Origin: an uncultured Acidimicrobiaceae bacterium
GTDB taxonomy: Bacteria > Actinomycetota > Acidimicrobiia > Acidimicrobiales > RAAP-2
Assembly: GCA_963717035.1 (NCBI GenBank)
Contig: CAVQVK010000051.1
Coordinates: 70,685 to 134,684, forward strand
Length of the DNA stretch: 64,000 nt
Direction of reading: 5' to 3'
Shown: piece after piece, positions 21,776 through 33,270 of the stretch
How positions within the stretch are numbered: position 1 is the first letter of the stretch
Layout: each line of letters opens with the position of its first letter
Program-made: the position numbers and the translations under genes
The notes under the pieces: generated by a model
The model's input: only the letters and a program-made list of their open reading frames with translations
Told to the model about the DNA's origin: nothing
Database searches by the model: none

Positions 21776-22864
21776 CTACCGCGCCTCGGGCCCGGGCCCC
21801 ACTGTTGCCCCGCGGGGCACGACCTCGCCTTCGCCCAGGACGGCAAAGGGGCCCACCCGGGCCTCGCTGCCGATGTCGGCCCGACGGCTCACCGTGTTGG
21901 CCACGACGGCCCCTTCACCCACCACCGTGTCGACCAAATGGCAGTTGGGACCGATCTCTGCGTTCCCGGCCACCCGGCAGTCGCCCTGGAGGATCACCCC
22001 GGGCAGGAGCACGACATCGGGAGACAACTGCACGTCGGAGTCGATGTAGGTACGTTCCGGGTCCCACATGGTCACCCCCCGGCGCATCCAACGCTCGTTG
22101 ATCCGGTCCCGCAGCTCGGCTTCGGCCACGGCCAGCTGGGCGCGGTCGTTGACCCCGGCCACCTCCATCGTGTCGTCGACCACCACCGACACCACCCGGT
22201 GGCCGGCCTCGTAGAGGACGCCGACCACATCGGTCAGGTAGTACTCCCCCTGGGCGTTGGCCGGACTGAGCCGCCGGAGCGACGGGGCCAGCACGCTCCT
22301 GCGGAAGCAGTAGATGGACGTGTTGATCTCGTCCACGGCCAGCTCCTCCTCGGTGGCGTCGGCGTGTTCCACGACGCGGGCCACGGCGTCGTCACGGCCG
22401 CGGACGACCCGCCCGTACCCCGACGGATCGCCGAGGACCGCGGTGAGCAACGTGGCCGCGGCGTCCGACGCCCGATGGTGGCGGACCAGTGCGGCCAGCG
22501 TCGCCGGGCGCAGCAACGGGGTATCGCCGGGGAGCACGACTACGTCCCCGTCGTCGTCGAACTCGTCGGGGAGCCCGGTCAGCGCCACCGACATGGCGTC
22601 CCCGGTCCCGTGCTGTTCGGCCTGCTCGACGAATTCGATCTCCATTCCCTGGGGAGCGTGCTCCACCAATGTCTTGGTCACCCACTCCGCTCGATGACCC
22701 ACCACCACCACGACCCGGTCCACTTGGAGCTCGGCCAAGGCGTCGAGCACGTGGAGCACCATGGGGCGCCCGCACAGGCGGTGTAGGGGCTTGGGTCGGG
22801 AGGACCGCATCCGGGTTCCCTCCCCGGCGGCCAGCACGACGGCGGACAGTGGGCGGGATGTCAT
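21776..22864 (-). CDS. glmU: GlmU-like N-acetylglucosamine-1-phosphate uridyltransferase. Short form (362 aa) that lacks the distal part of the LbH acetyltransferase domain.
   Basis: LAAGEGTRMRS..PK.LH, GTGDA, EYYLTDV, then only ~100 aa of hexapeptide repeats. The ORF stops at GPFAVLGEGEVVPRGATVG-PGPEAR*, 10 nt before the prs start. Confidence 0.8.
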   Translation of the reverse strand: MTSRPLSAVVLAAGEGTRMRSSRPKPLHRLCGRPMVLHVLDALAELQVDRVVVVVGHRAEWVTKTLVEHAPQGMEIEFVEQAEQHGTGDAMSVALTGLPDEFDDDGDVVVLPGDTPLLRPATLAALVRHHRASDAAATLLTAVLGDPSGYGRVVRGRDDAVARVVEHADATEEELAVDEINTSIYCFRRSVLAPSLRRLSPANAQGEYYLTDVVGVLYEAGHRVVSVVVDDTMEVAGVNDRAQLAVAEAELRDRINERWMRRGVTMWDPERTYIDSDVQLSPDVVLLPGVILQGDCRVAGNAEIGPNCHLVDTVVGEGAVVANTVSRRADIGSEARVGPFAVLGEGEVVPRGATVGPGPEAR

Positions 22865-22947
22865 CGGTCCACGAAAGGCGAGCACAGGTTCATGGGGCCT
22901 ATTCTTCCCACGTCCGGGCCGGACATGTTGTTCATCCGCCCGACGCG

Positions 22948-24557
22948 ATGCCCACCATGCCCGTGCTCACCACCGCCATCGACGCCGAATCCCAGGAGTA
23001 CCAGGCCAATCGGGCGGCCCTGTTGGAGGCGGTCGAAGCCGTCGACGAGCAGTTAGCCCTGGCCCGCGGCGGGGGGCGGCGCCCAGTACGTGGAACGCCA
23101 TCGCTCCCGGGGAAAGCTCCTGGCCCGAGAGCGCATCGAGCTGCTGGTGGACCGGGATTCGGCGTTCTTGGAGCTCTCGCCCCTGGCCGCATGGGGCACC
23201 AACTTCACCGTGGGTGCGTCGTTGGTCACCGGCATCGGTGTGGTCGAGGGCGTGGAGTGCCTGATCTCGGCCAACGACCCCACCGTGCGCGGTGGCGCCA
23301 TGAACCCCATCACGTTCAACAAGGCGGCCCGGGCGTCCGATGTCGCCCTGGAGAACCGGCTCCCCACCATCAGCCTGGTCGAGTCGGGGGGCGCCGACCT
23401 GCCCACCCAGGCCGAGCTCTTTATCCCCGGGGGGCGATCCTTTCGCGACCTCACCCGCCGTTCGGCCCGGGCCCTGCCCACCGTGGCGCTGGTCTTCGGG
23501 AACTCCACCGCCGGAGGCGCCTACGTCCCGGGCATGAGCGACTACGTCGTGATGATCGAGGGCCGCTCCAAGGTCTTCCTGGGCGGGCCGCCCCTGGTCA
23601 AGATGGCTACCGGGGAGGAGTCCGAAGACGAGGAGCTCGGCGGCGCCGACATGCATGCCCGAGTCTCCGGCCTGGCCGACGAGTTGGCCGTCGACGAGGT
23701 CGACGCCATTCGTCTGGGGCGCCAGATCGTGTCCCGCCTCAACTGGCGCAAGCACGGTCCCGGTCCCACCCAGCCCGCCGACCCTCCCCTCTTCGACCCC
23801 GACCAGCTCCTCGGCATTGCCTCGGCCGACCCCAAGGTGCCCTTCGACCCGAGAGAGGTCCTGGCACGGCGTGGTCGACGGGTCCCGCTTCGACGAGTTC
23901 AAGCCCCACTACGGGACCAGCCTGGTCACCGGGTGGGCGTCCATCCACGGCTACCCCATCGGGGTGCTGGCCAACCACCGCGGCGTCCTGTTCTCCGAGG
24001 AGGCCAACAAGGCCACCCAGTTCATCCAGCTGGCCAACCAGGTCGACGTGCCCCTTGTCTTTCTCCAGAACACGACGGGCTACATGGTGGGCAAGGAGTA
24101 CGAGCAACGGGGGATCATCAAGGACGGCGCCAAGATGATCAACGCGGTGACCAACTCGTCGGTCCCCCACCTGACCATCAACATCGGCGCCTCCTACGGC
24201 GCCGGCAACTATGGGATGTGCGGCCGCGCCTACAACCCGCGCTTCCTCTTCGCCTGGCCCAACGCCCGCTCGGCGGTGATGGGCCCGGCTCAGCTGGCCG
24301 GCGTCTTATCCATCGTGGCCCGCCAGTCGGCTGAGGCCCGGGGTCTCCCCTTCGATGAGGACGCCGACGCGGCCATGCGCGAGCAGGTCGAGTCACAGAT
24401 CGAGGCGGAGTCCCTGCCCCTCTATCTGACCTCCCGACTCTACGACGACGGCATCATCGACCCCCGCGACACCCGGACCATCCTCGGTCTGAGCCTGTCG
24501 GTCATCGACAACCAAGCGATCGAAGGCACACGCGGCTACGGCGTGTTCCGGATGTAG
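22948..24557 (+). CDS. Acyl-CoA carboxylase carboxyltransferase (beta) subunit, methylcrotonyl/geranyl-CoA carboxylase-like (2 frameshifts, near 23075 and 23870)
   Basis: [24 protein letters not shown].....[19 protein letters not shown] and [13 protein letters not shown]. An extra G sits in the G-run at 23071-23076. Confidence 0.85.
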
Positions 24558-24562
24558 CGGCC

Positions 24563-26808
24563 ATGCCCCCCATCACATCGTTGCTGGTCGCCAACCGGGG
24601 CGAGATCGCCCGGCGGATCTTCCGCACTGCTCGGTCCATGGGCATCACCTGCGTTGCCGTCTACTCGGACGCCGACGCCGACAGTCCTCATGCCGCCGAG
24701 GCCGACTTGGCCGTCCGGCTCCCGGGCCTCTCCCCCACTGACACCTATCTGCGCAGCGACCTCCTGCTCGATGCCGCCGCCCGCTCCGGCGCCGATGCCA
24801 TCCATCCCGGCTATGGCTTCCTGTCCGAGAACGCCGCCTTCGCCGCCGCCGTTGTCGATGCCGACCTCACCTGGGTCGGGCCGCCGGCCGCAGCCATTGC
24901 CGCCATGGGGTCCAAGATCGGGAGCAAGGAGCTGATGCGTTCCGCCGGTGTTCCCACCTTGCCTTCGATCATCGTCCCCGACCTCGGGGGTGTCGACTTC
25001 GACGAGGCCGACGCGCTCGGGTGGCCGCTGCTGGTGAAGGCATCGGCGGGTGGCGGTGGACGGGGCATGCGCATCGTGGAGGAAATCGGTGATTTGGCCG
25101 AGGCGGTGGTAGGTGCCCAGCGCGAGGCTCAGTCCGCGTTCGGTGACGGCACGCTGTTCCTCGAGCGCTACGTGACTGATCCCCGCCACATCGAGGTGCA
25201 GGTTCTGGCCGACGCTCAGGGGGACGTGGTCGCCCTCTTCGAGCGGGAATGCTCCATACAACGGCGGCACCAGAAGATCATCGAGGAATCGCCGTCGCCG
25301 GTGGTCAGCCCCGAGCAGCGCGAACGTCTCTGTGATGCGGCGACAACTGCCGCTCGTGCCGTCGGCTACACCAATGCCGGCACGGTTGAGTTCGTCCTCG
25401 ACCCGGCGGGCACCGATCCGGGAGGCAGCTTCTACTTCTTGGAGATGAACACCCGGCTCCAGGTCGAGCACCCGGTCACCGAACTGGTCACCGGCTGCGA
25501 CCTGGTCCGGCTGCAGCTCCTGGTGGCCGAGGGCCACCCGTTGCCGGCCGAGGTGCACGCCGCCGTCGCCCGCGGTCCCGTGGGGCATGCGGTGGAGGCT
25601 CGGATCTACGCCGAGGATCCGGCGGCCGACTGGCTTCCCTCGACGGGGACCTTGCACCGGTTCGAGATCCCGGCGGCGTCCTCACCGGGTGTGCCCTCAC
25701 CGGGTGTGTCCCCGATCCCGGCGGTGTCCTCTCCCGGTGGACAATTTCCCATTCTCCCGCCTCTCGGCGAATTGCCCGGGACCCCCAGCCGATTCGCCCA
25801 AACGCGGGAGATTTCCGAAAACACCAACGAGGCGCAGACCCGCGCCGACACCGTCGCTGGCTCCTCGGGCACCGCCACCCTTCGAGTCGACAGCGGAGTG
25901 GAGTCGGGCAGCACTGTCAGCCCTCACTACGACCCCATGCTGGCCAAGGTCATCGCCCACGCTCCCACCCGGGCCGAGGCGGTCGCCTCGCTGGCTCGGG
26001 TTCTGGCCACCAGCGCCATCCATGGAGTCACCACCAACCGGGACCTCTTGGTCCGGACCCTTCGCCACCCCGCCTTCATCGCCGGCGACATCGACACCGG
26101 ATTCCTCGACCGCCATGGCCTCGACGTACTGAGCGCTCCGCTCGCCGATGAGCACGCACTACGGCGACACGCCATCGCCGCGGCTCTGGCCGGTCGCACA
26201 CAACGACGAGCACAGGCGAGTGCAACCCGACCTACCCTCGGGCTGGCGGAACAATCCCTCCCAGCTGGACCAGGCCACCTTCGACGCCCGGCGACCCGAT
26301 CCCCCACCGTCGGCTATCGGTTCGACCGAACCGGCAGCCCACGTCGATCTGGTCGAGGTCGACGGTGTGGCCGAAGCCGTGGTCGCCCTGGCCATCCGGG
26401 CCCGGACGCGGTGCTCCTCACCACTCGAGGGGGTGACCCGTCGCTACCGGGTGGGCCGGGCCGGGGCCCGACGTGTACGTCGACGGTACCGGGGGGCTCG
26501 ACGCCCCTCGTCGAGCAGGAGCAGTTCCCCGTCCCCGCCAGCCAGATCCCGGCGGGCTCCGCCGTGGCCCCCATGCCCGGCGGCGTGGCCCGGGTCAACG
26601 TGGCCGTGGGTGACCGCGTCGAGGCCGGCCAGGATCCTGGTGGTGCTCGAGGCCATGAAGATGGAGCACACCGTGCACGCGGGCCATCGAGGGGCACCGT
26701 GGCCGAGGTCATGGTCGACGCCCGGCTACTCAGGTCGAGTCTGGTCAGGTCCTGGTCGGTGCTGGAGGAGATCGCCGGCCCCGACGAGCAAGCGGATCGG
26801 ATCGGTGA
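24563..26808 (+). CDS. Acyl-CoA carboxylase alpha subunit (biotin carboxylase + BCCP); several frameshifts in the linker/BCCP part; 3' end approximate
   Basis: LLVANRGEIA.RI, ATP-grasp GGGGRGMR, EMNTRLQVEHPVTE and the biotinyl motif LEAMKMEH (near 26650). TGA at 26806-26808 overlaps the GTG of the next gene. Confidence 0.85.
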
Positions 26809-28576
26809 GCCGACCCGATCCGCATCGCCAACTGTTCGGGGTTCTTCGGGGACCGCTCTCGGCGCGCCCGCGAGATGGTCGAGGGCGGACCCATCGACGT
26901 CCTGACCGGGGACTGGCTGGCCGAGCTGACCATGCTCATCCTGTGGAAGGGGCGTCAGCGAGACCCGCTCGCGTGGTGGGCGCGAACCTTCCTCACCCAG
27001 ATGGAAGACGTCCTCGGCACCTGTGCCGACCGGGGCATCAAGGTGGTCACCAACGCCGGTGGCCTCAACCCCGCCGGACTGGCCGACCAGGTCCGGGCCC
27101 TGGCCGAGAAGCTGGGGCTGGGCATCACCGTCGCCCACGTCGAGGGCGACGACCTGGTCGCTCGCATCGGCGACCTGCAAGCGACAGGGCCACGACCTGG
27201 CCCACCTCGACACCGGGCCGGCCGCTGGCCGAGGCCACCGGCGAGGTGGTCACGGCCAACGCCTACCTGGGGGCATGGCCCATCGTCGAGTCGTTGCAAG
27301 GCGGGGCGGACGTGGTCATCTGCCCCCGGGTCACCGATGCGTCGCTGGTGGTGGGGCCGGCCGCCTGGCGCCACGGCTGGGACCAGACCGACTGGGACCG
27401 ACTGGCCGGCGCCGTGGCCGCGGGACACCTCATCGAGTGCGGGCCCCAGGTCACCGGGGGGAACTACGCATTCTTCACCGAGGTCCCCGGACTCGAGCAC
27501 CCGGGCTTCCCCATCGCCGAGGTCGCCGACGACGGGTCGTCGATCATCACCAAGCACCCCGGTACCGGCGGCGAAGTGTCGGTGGGCACGGTCACCGCCC
27601 AGCTGCTCTACGAGATCGCCGGCCCGACTACGCCAACACCGACGTCGTGGCCCGCTTCGACACGATCGAGCTCGAACAGGACGGCCCGGACCGGGTACGG
27701 GTGTCGGGGACCAGAGGCCTGCCCGCGCCGAAGGACGTGAAGGTGTCGATCAACCTGTTGGGAGGATGGCGCAACACGATGACCTTCGTCCTCACCGGGC
27801 TGGACATCGACGCCAAGGCCGCGCTCACCCTCAAGACAATGGCGGAGAAGCTGGGCGGCACCGACCAGTTCGCCGACTACGAGACGCTGCTGATCCGCTC
27901 GGACAAGCCCGACGCACCGACCAACGCCGAGGCCTCGGCCCAGCTCCGGGTCACCGTCAAGGACGCCGACCAGTCGAAGGTGGGTCGCCGGTTCGCCGAC
28001 GCGGCCACCGAGCTGGCCCTGGCCGGCTACCCCGGTTTCCACCTGACCTCGCCTCCGACCGACGCCACCGCTTACGGCGTGTTCTGGCCGGCGCTGGTCC
28101 CGGCCGGGCTGGTGGAGCCGGTCGTGGTCCACGCCGATGGCACCCGGGTGGCCGTTCCCCACCGGGCGTTTCGCTCCAGGTACCGCCCGGCCCTCCCCGC
28201 CGTTACGCCTGGTCGCCGAGTACCCGGCCGAGCCGGTGGCCCGGGTGCCCCTCGGCACGATCATCGGCGCTCGATCGGGCGACAAGGGAGGCAACGCCAA
28301 CGTGGGGCTCTGGGCCGGACGGGATACCCACTACGTCTGGCTGCGCGACTTCCTCACCGTCGAACGGTTCGCCGAGCTCCTGCCCGAGGCCGACGGGCTC
28401 GAGATCCACCGGTACGAGCTCCCGAGGGTGCTGGCCTGAACTTCGTCGTCGTCGGACTGCTGGGCGAGGGGGTGGCCTCCTCCACCCGGCCCGATCCACA
28501 GGCCAAGAGCCTGGGCGAGTACGTTCGGAGCAGGCTGGTCGACATCCCCGTCCACTTCCTGCCCGACGGCCGCTGA
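26805..28576 (+). CDS. AtuA-like acyclic terpene utilisation protein (DUF1446); multiple frameshifts
   Basis: IRIANCSGFFGDR...EMVEGGPIDVLTGDWLAELTM, ANAYLGAWPI, RVTDASLV and ECGPQVTGGNY, spread over 3 frames. The C-terminus ends at 28576. Confidence 0.7.
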
Positions 28577-28613
28577 ACGGGCTGCCGCAGCGACAATCGC
28601 AAGGAGCCGCGCC

Positions 28614-29779
28614 ATGGACTTCACCCAATCCGACGAGCACGTGATGCTGCGCGAGGCGGTCAGCGCCATCGCCTCCAAGTTCGGCCACGAGTACTACGTG
28701 GCCAAGGCCCGAGCCAACGAGCGGACCGAGGAGCTCTGGAACGCCATGGGCGAGGCCGGGTTCCTCGGGGTCAACGTCCCCGAGGAGTACGGCGGCGGGC
28801 GGCATGGGCATCACCGAACTGGCCATCGTGAGCGAGGAGCTGGCCGCGGCCGGCTGCCCGCTGTTGATCATGGTGGTGTCCCCGGCCATCTGCGCCACCA
28901 TCATCGCCAAGTTCGGTACCGAGGAGCAGAAGCAACGGTGGCTTCCCGGGTTTGCCACCGGGGAGATCAAGATGTCCTTTGCCATCACCGAGCCGGACGC
29001 CGGCTCCAACTCCCACAATTTGTCGCTCACCGCCACCAAGGACGGCGACATCTACCGCCTCAACGGGTCGAAGTACTACATCTCCGGCGTGGACGAGGCC
29101 GACGCCATGTTGGTGGTGACCCGTTCGGGCATCGACAAGGAGACCGGTCGGGGACGCCTGTCCCTCTTCGTGGTGGACACCGATCGCCCGGGACTGGAAA
29201 AGACGGTCCTGCCCGTGGAGATCACCGCCCCCGAGAAGCAGTACACGCTGTTCTTCGACAACGTCCAGGTCGATGCCGACCGGTTGATCGGAGCCGAGGG
29301 CGAAGGTCTCCGCCAGGTGTTCTTCGGCCTCAACCCGGAACGGATCCTCTCCGCCTCGCATGGCCAACGGGATCAGCCGCTATGTTCTCGACAAGGCGGC
29401 GAACTACGCCGGGGAGCGCGAGGTATGGGGCACGCCGATCGGGCGCCACCAGGGCATAGCCCACCCCCTGGCCAAGGCCAAGATCGAGGTGGAGCTGGCC
29501 CGGCTGATGACCGACAAGGCCAGCTGGCTGTGCGACAACGCCGGTGACACCCCCGAAGCAGGCGAGGCGGCCAATATGGCCAAGTACGCGGCGGCCGAGG
29601 CCACGGCGGCGGCGCTCGACCAGGCCATCCAGACCCATGGTGGGAACGGCATGTCCTCCGAGTACGGGCTGGCCGACCTGTGGGGCATGGTGCGCCTGCT
29701 GCGGATCGCGCCGGTCAGCCGGGAGATGATCCTGAACTTCGTGGCCCAGCACTCGTTGGGCCTCCCCAAGTCGTACTGA
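28614..29779 (+). CDS. Acyl-CoA dehydrogenase (2 frameshifts, near 28800 and 29355)
   Basis: FAITEPDAGSN, YISG and QTHGGNGMSSEYGLADLWG...RIAPVSREMILNF. Confidence 0.85.
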
Positions 29780-29916
29780 CCGGCGGACCGGCGGGGTAGG
29801 CGGTACGCTGGTCACTGCGGATCGCCCGTCCGAACAGAAGGAAACAGAAGGACCTGGTGACACTCTCCGGGCACCGCAACCCGCTCCGCATCACCGAAAG
29901 GCCCGGCAACGCCCCC

Positions 29917-31749
29917 ATGCAGTCCCGTGACGACATTCGCAACGTAGCCATCGTGGCTCACGTCGACCATGGGAAGACCACGCTGGTCGACGCCATGCTC
30001 TGGCAATCCGGCGCCTTCCGGGCCAACGAGTCGGTCAACGAGCGGGTGATGGACTCTGGCGATCTCGAGCGGGAAAAGGGCATCACCATCCTGGCCAAGA
30101 ACACGGCAGTGGTGCACAACGGCGTCAAGATCAACATCATCGACACTCCCGGCCACGCCGACTTCGGCGGTGAGGTGGAGCGGGGACTGACCATGGTCGA
30201 CGGCGTGCTCCTGCTGGTCGACGCGTCCGAGGGCCCGTTGCCCCAGACCCGGTTCGTGCTCCGCAAGGCCCTCCAAGCCCGACTGCCGGTCGTCCTGGTG
30301 GTCAACAAGGTGGACCGGCCCGACGCTCGCATCGACGAGGTGGTCAACGAGGTCGAAGAGCTCTTCTTGGACCTCGATGCCGACGAGCACCAGATCGACT
30401 TCCCCATCCTGTTCTCCAACGCCCGGGCCGGGTGGGCCGCCACCGAGCAAGGGGTGGAGGGCACCGACCTCGAGCCGCTGTTCCAAGCCATCCTCGACCG
30501 CATCCCCGCACCCCAGTTCGATCCCGATGCCCCGCTCCAGGCGATCGTGTCGAACCTGGACGCCTCTCCCTACCTGGGCCGGCTGGCCGTCTGCCGGGTC
30601 CACAACGGCACCTTGCGCAAGGGCGCGCTGGTGGGCTGGTGCAAGCTCGACGGCACCATCGAGCGGACCAAGATCACCGAGCTGTTCGTCACCGACGCCC
30701 TGGACCGGGTGGACGCGGCCGAAGCCGGCCCGGGCGAGATCGCCGCAGTGGCCGGCATGGCCGAGGTCACCATCGGAGAGACGCTGGCCGACCCCGACGA
30801 CCCCCGGCCCCTGCCCGTCATCACCGTGGACGAGCCCAGCCTGTCCATGACCATCGGGATCAACACCGCGCCCCTGGCCGGGTCGGACGGATCGAAGCTC
30901 ACCGCCCGCCAGATATTCAGCCGGCTAGAGTCCGAGCTGGTCGGAAACGTGTCACTCGCGCGTGCTCCCCACCGAGCGCCCCGACACCTGGGAGGTCCAG
31001 GGGCGGGGCGAGCTCCAGCTGGCCGTGTTGGTCGAGACCATGCGCCGCGAGGGTTTTGAGCTGACGGTGGGCAAGCCCCAGGTCGTAACCCGGGAGATCG
31101 ACGGCAAGGTCCACGAGCCCATGGAGCTGGTGGCCGTCGACGTCCCCGACGATTACCTGGGCGTGGTCACCCAGCTGATGGCGCTCCGCAAGGGAATGCT
31201 CGATCGAGATGGTCAACCACGGCACCGGTTGGGTCCGGATGGACTACCGGGTCCCGGCCCGAGGGTCTGGTTGGGTTCCGCACCGAGTTCATGACCGAGA
31301 CCCGGGGTACCGGCATGTTGCACCACGTGTTCGACGGGTGGGAACCCTGGCACGGCGAGCTCAAGACCAAGCGCAACGGCTCGATGGTGGCCGACCGGCG
31401 TGGCATTACCACCGGCTACACGCTGATGAGCCTGCAAGAGCGGGGCATCCTGTTCGTCGGACCGTCCACCGAGGTCTATGAGGGCATGGTCATCGGTGAG
31501 AACGCCCGGGACGAGGAGATGGACGTCAACCCGACCAAAGAGAAGAAGCAGACCAATGTGCGCTCGGCCTCGGCCGACGAGGCCATCCGGCTCACTCCCC
31601 CCCTCCTGCTCTCACTGGAGCAGGCTTTGGAGTTCATCGCCGACGACGAGTGCGTGGAGGTCACCCCGGCGAACGTCCGGCTCCGAAAGGTTGTCCTGGA
31701 CGGGCACACCCGGGGACGGCTGCGAAGCCGGAGCCGCAACCCGCGCTGA
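29917..31749 (+). CDS. typA: Translational GTPase TypA/BipA (about 3 frameshifts between 30950 and 31290)
   Basis: IRNVAIVAHVDHGKTTLVD, DTPGHADFGGEVER and NKVDR. The C-terminal domain ...VEVTPANVRLRK is in a second and third frame. Confidence 0.9.
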
Positions 31750-31862
31750 ACCTGGCGCGCCCGGCGACCGCCGGTAGCGCTTACGAGAATCTTCACAACC
31801 ACTCAGGTCTCTCTCGGTGAGCTCCCAGCTAACGCACAGAGGGGCCGGTCATAGTTTCCATC

Positions 31863-32480
31863 GTGACCAACAGATCCACACTCCGGACGATCTGGCTCGT
31901 CCGTCACGGTGAAAGCACGTGGAACGTACTCGGCCTGGTGCAAGGCCACGCAGACGAAGCCACCCTCACCCGGCAAGGTCGTCGCCAAGCACAGCTCCTG
32001 ACTCACCGGCTCGGTGGTCGCGTCATCGAATCCATTCACACCAGCGATCTCCGTCGCGCCCGAGAAACGGCGGCGATCCTCGCTGAGTCCCTGGGTCTCG
32101 AGGGCCGCCTGCACACCTCACTGCGGGAGCGGAGTATGGGCGTGCTCGAAGGCTCCCCGGTGAGCTCGCTCGACCCCAAGGTCACCGGTATCGAGGGCGA
32201 TCAGGTCGTGGACATCGATGCCCGGCCGAGCGATGGGGAGTCGCTCGCCGCCCTGTACCGACGGGCCGGCGAGTTCATCGACTGGCTGTGCGATCAGCCG
32301 GCTGACGCCGACGCAGTGGTCGTTACCCATGGCGGGACTGTTCGGATGATCCGCGCCTACTGCGCCGAACGTCCGGTTGAAGGCATGACCTGGGACACGG
32401 TGCCCAACGGCAGCCTGTGGCGTGTCCAGGTGCCGCGTCGTGACGCAGCTCACGGTCCGGCAGCAGTTCGAGCAATGTGA
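31863..32480 (+). CDS. Histidine phosphatase (phosphoglycerate-mutase-like) family protein
   Basis: Intact, GTG start. LVRHGESTWN (RHG motif) and VVVTHGGTVR. Confidence 0.75.
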   Translation: MTNRSTLRTIWLVRHGESTWNVLGLVQGHADEATLTRQGRRQAQLLTHRLGGRVIESIHTSDLRRARETAAILAESLGLEGRLHTSLRERSMGVLEGSPVSSLDPKVTGIEGDQVVDIDARPSDGESLAALYRRAGEFIDWLCDQPADADAVVVTHGGTVRMIRAYCAERPVEGMTWDTVPNGSLWRVQVPRRDAAHGPAAVRAM

Positions 32481-32493
32481 GACGGAGGATCAG

Positions 32494-33270
32494 ATGAACC
32501 CGACAGCACTCCAGCTACCCCGACGTGAAGCCAAGCCGAGGTCGGCCGGCATCACCATGATGGTCGACGGGGGTCTGCCTACCCGGTACTTCGCCGACGT
32601 CATCGCCAGTGGCGCCGAGTACCTCGACTTCGTCAAGTTCGGTTGGGGAACGGCCATCGTCACCAAAGACCTGCGCGAGAAGATCGACATCTTGCGCAAT
32701 GCCGGCGTCGACTACTACTTCGGGGGAACCCTCTTCGAGAAGTACGTCTTCCAGGATCGGCTCGATGCCTTTCGCGACCTTTGTCATGAGTACTCGTGCC
32801 AGTTCGTGGAGGTGTCCAACGGGACGATCGATCTCAGCAACTCGGAAAAGGCCGGGTACATCAGGAAGCTCTCCGACGACTTCCGAGTGATCTCCGAGGT
32901 CGGGTTCAAGGACCCCAATCGGTCCGAGAACCTGGCACCTAGTCTGTGGATCGAGTGCACCCACGAGGACCTCGACGCCGGGGCCTGTCTGGTCACCCTG
33001 GAAGCTCGGGAGAGCGGCAAATCGGGCATCTGTCGACCTGACGGTCAACTTCGGTTCGGTCTGATCGAAGAGCTGCTGGCCAGCGGACTTCGCCACCAGG
33101 ACCTCCTGTTCGAGGCACCCTCGGTGGAGCTGCAGAACTACTTCGTGAAACGAGTGGGGACGGACGTCAACCTGGGCAACGTGGCTGCCACCGCCATCTT
33201 GGGGCTCGAGACCATCCGGCTCGGGCTCCGGGCCGACACGCTGACCTGTTTCGACAGCGGGGCGGCGTGA
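32494..33270 (+). CDS. comA: (2R)-phospho-3-sulfolactate synthase (ComA family)
   Basis: Intact. ATG preceded by GGAGG. KPR..G.T...D.G, YLD.VKFGWGT, VE.SNGTI and ...ISEVG.K... match the ComA/YitD family as I recall it. Confidence 0.75.
   Translation: MNPTALQLPRREAKPRSAGITMMVDGGLPTRYFADVIASGAEYLDFVKFGWGTAIVTKDLREKIDILRNAGVDYYFGGTLFEKYVFQDRLDAFRDLCHEYSCQFVEVSNGTIDLSNSEKAGYIRKLSDDFRVISEVGFKDPNRSENLAPSLWIECTHEDLDAGACLVTLEARESGKSGICRPDGQLRFGLIEELLASGLRHQDLLFEAPSVELQNYFVKRVGTDVNLGNVAATAILGLETIRLGLRADTLTCFDSGAA

Noticed and set aside
25661-25886. TTCGAG hexamers flanking the AccA insertion, as possible target-site duplications of an inserted element.
   Set aside because: A 6-nt match is expected by chance in 220 nt of G+C-rich coding DNA. 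The two copies are in different codon phases (offset 220 nt), and no terminal inverted repeats are visible.
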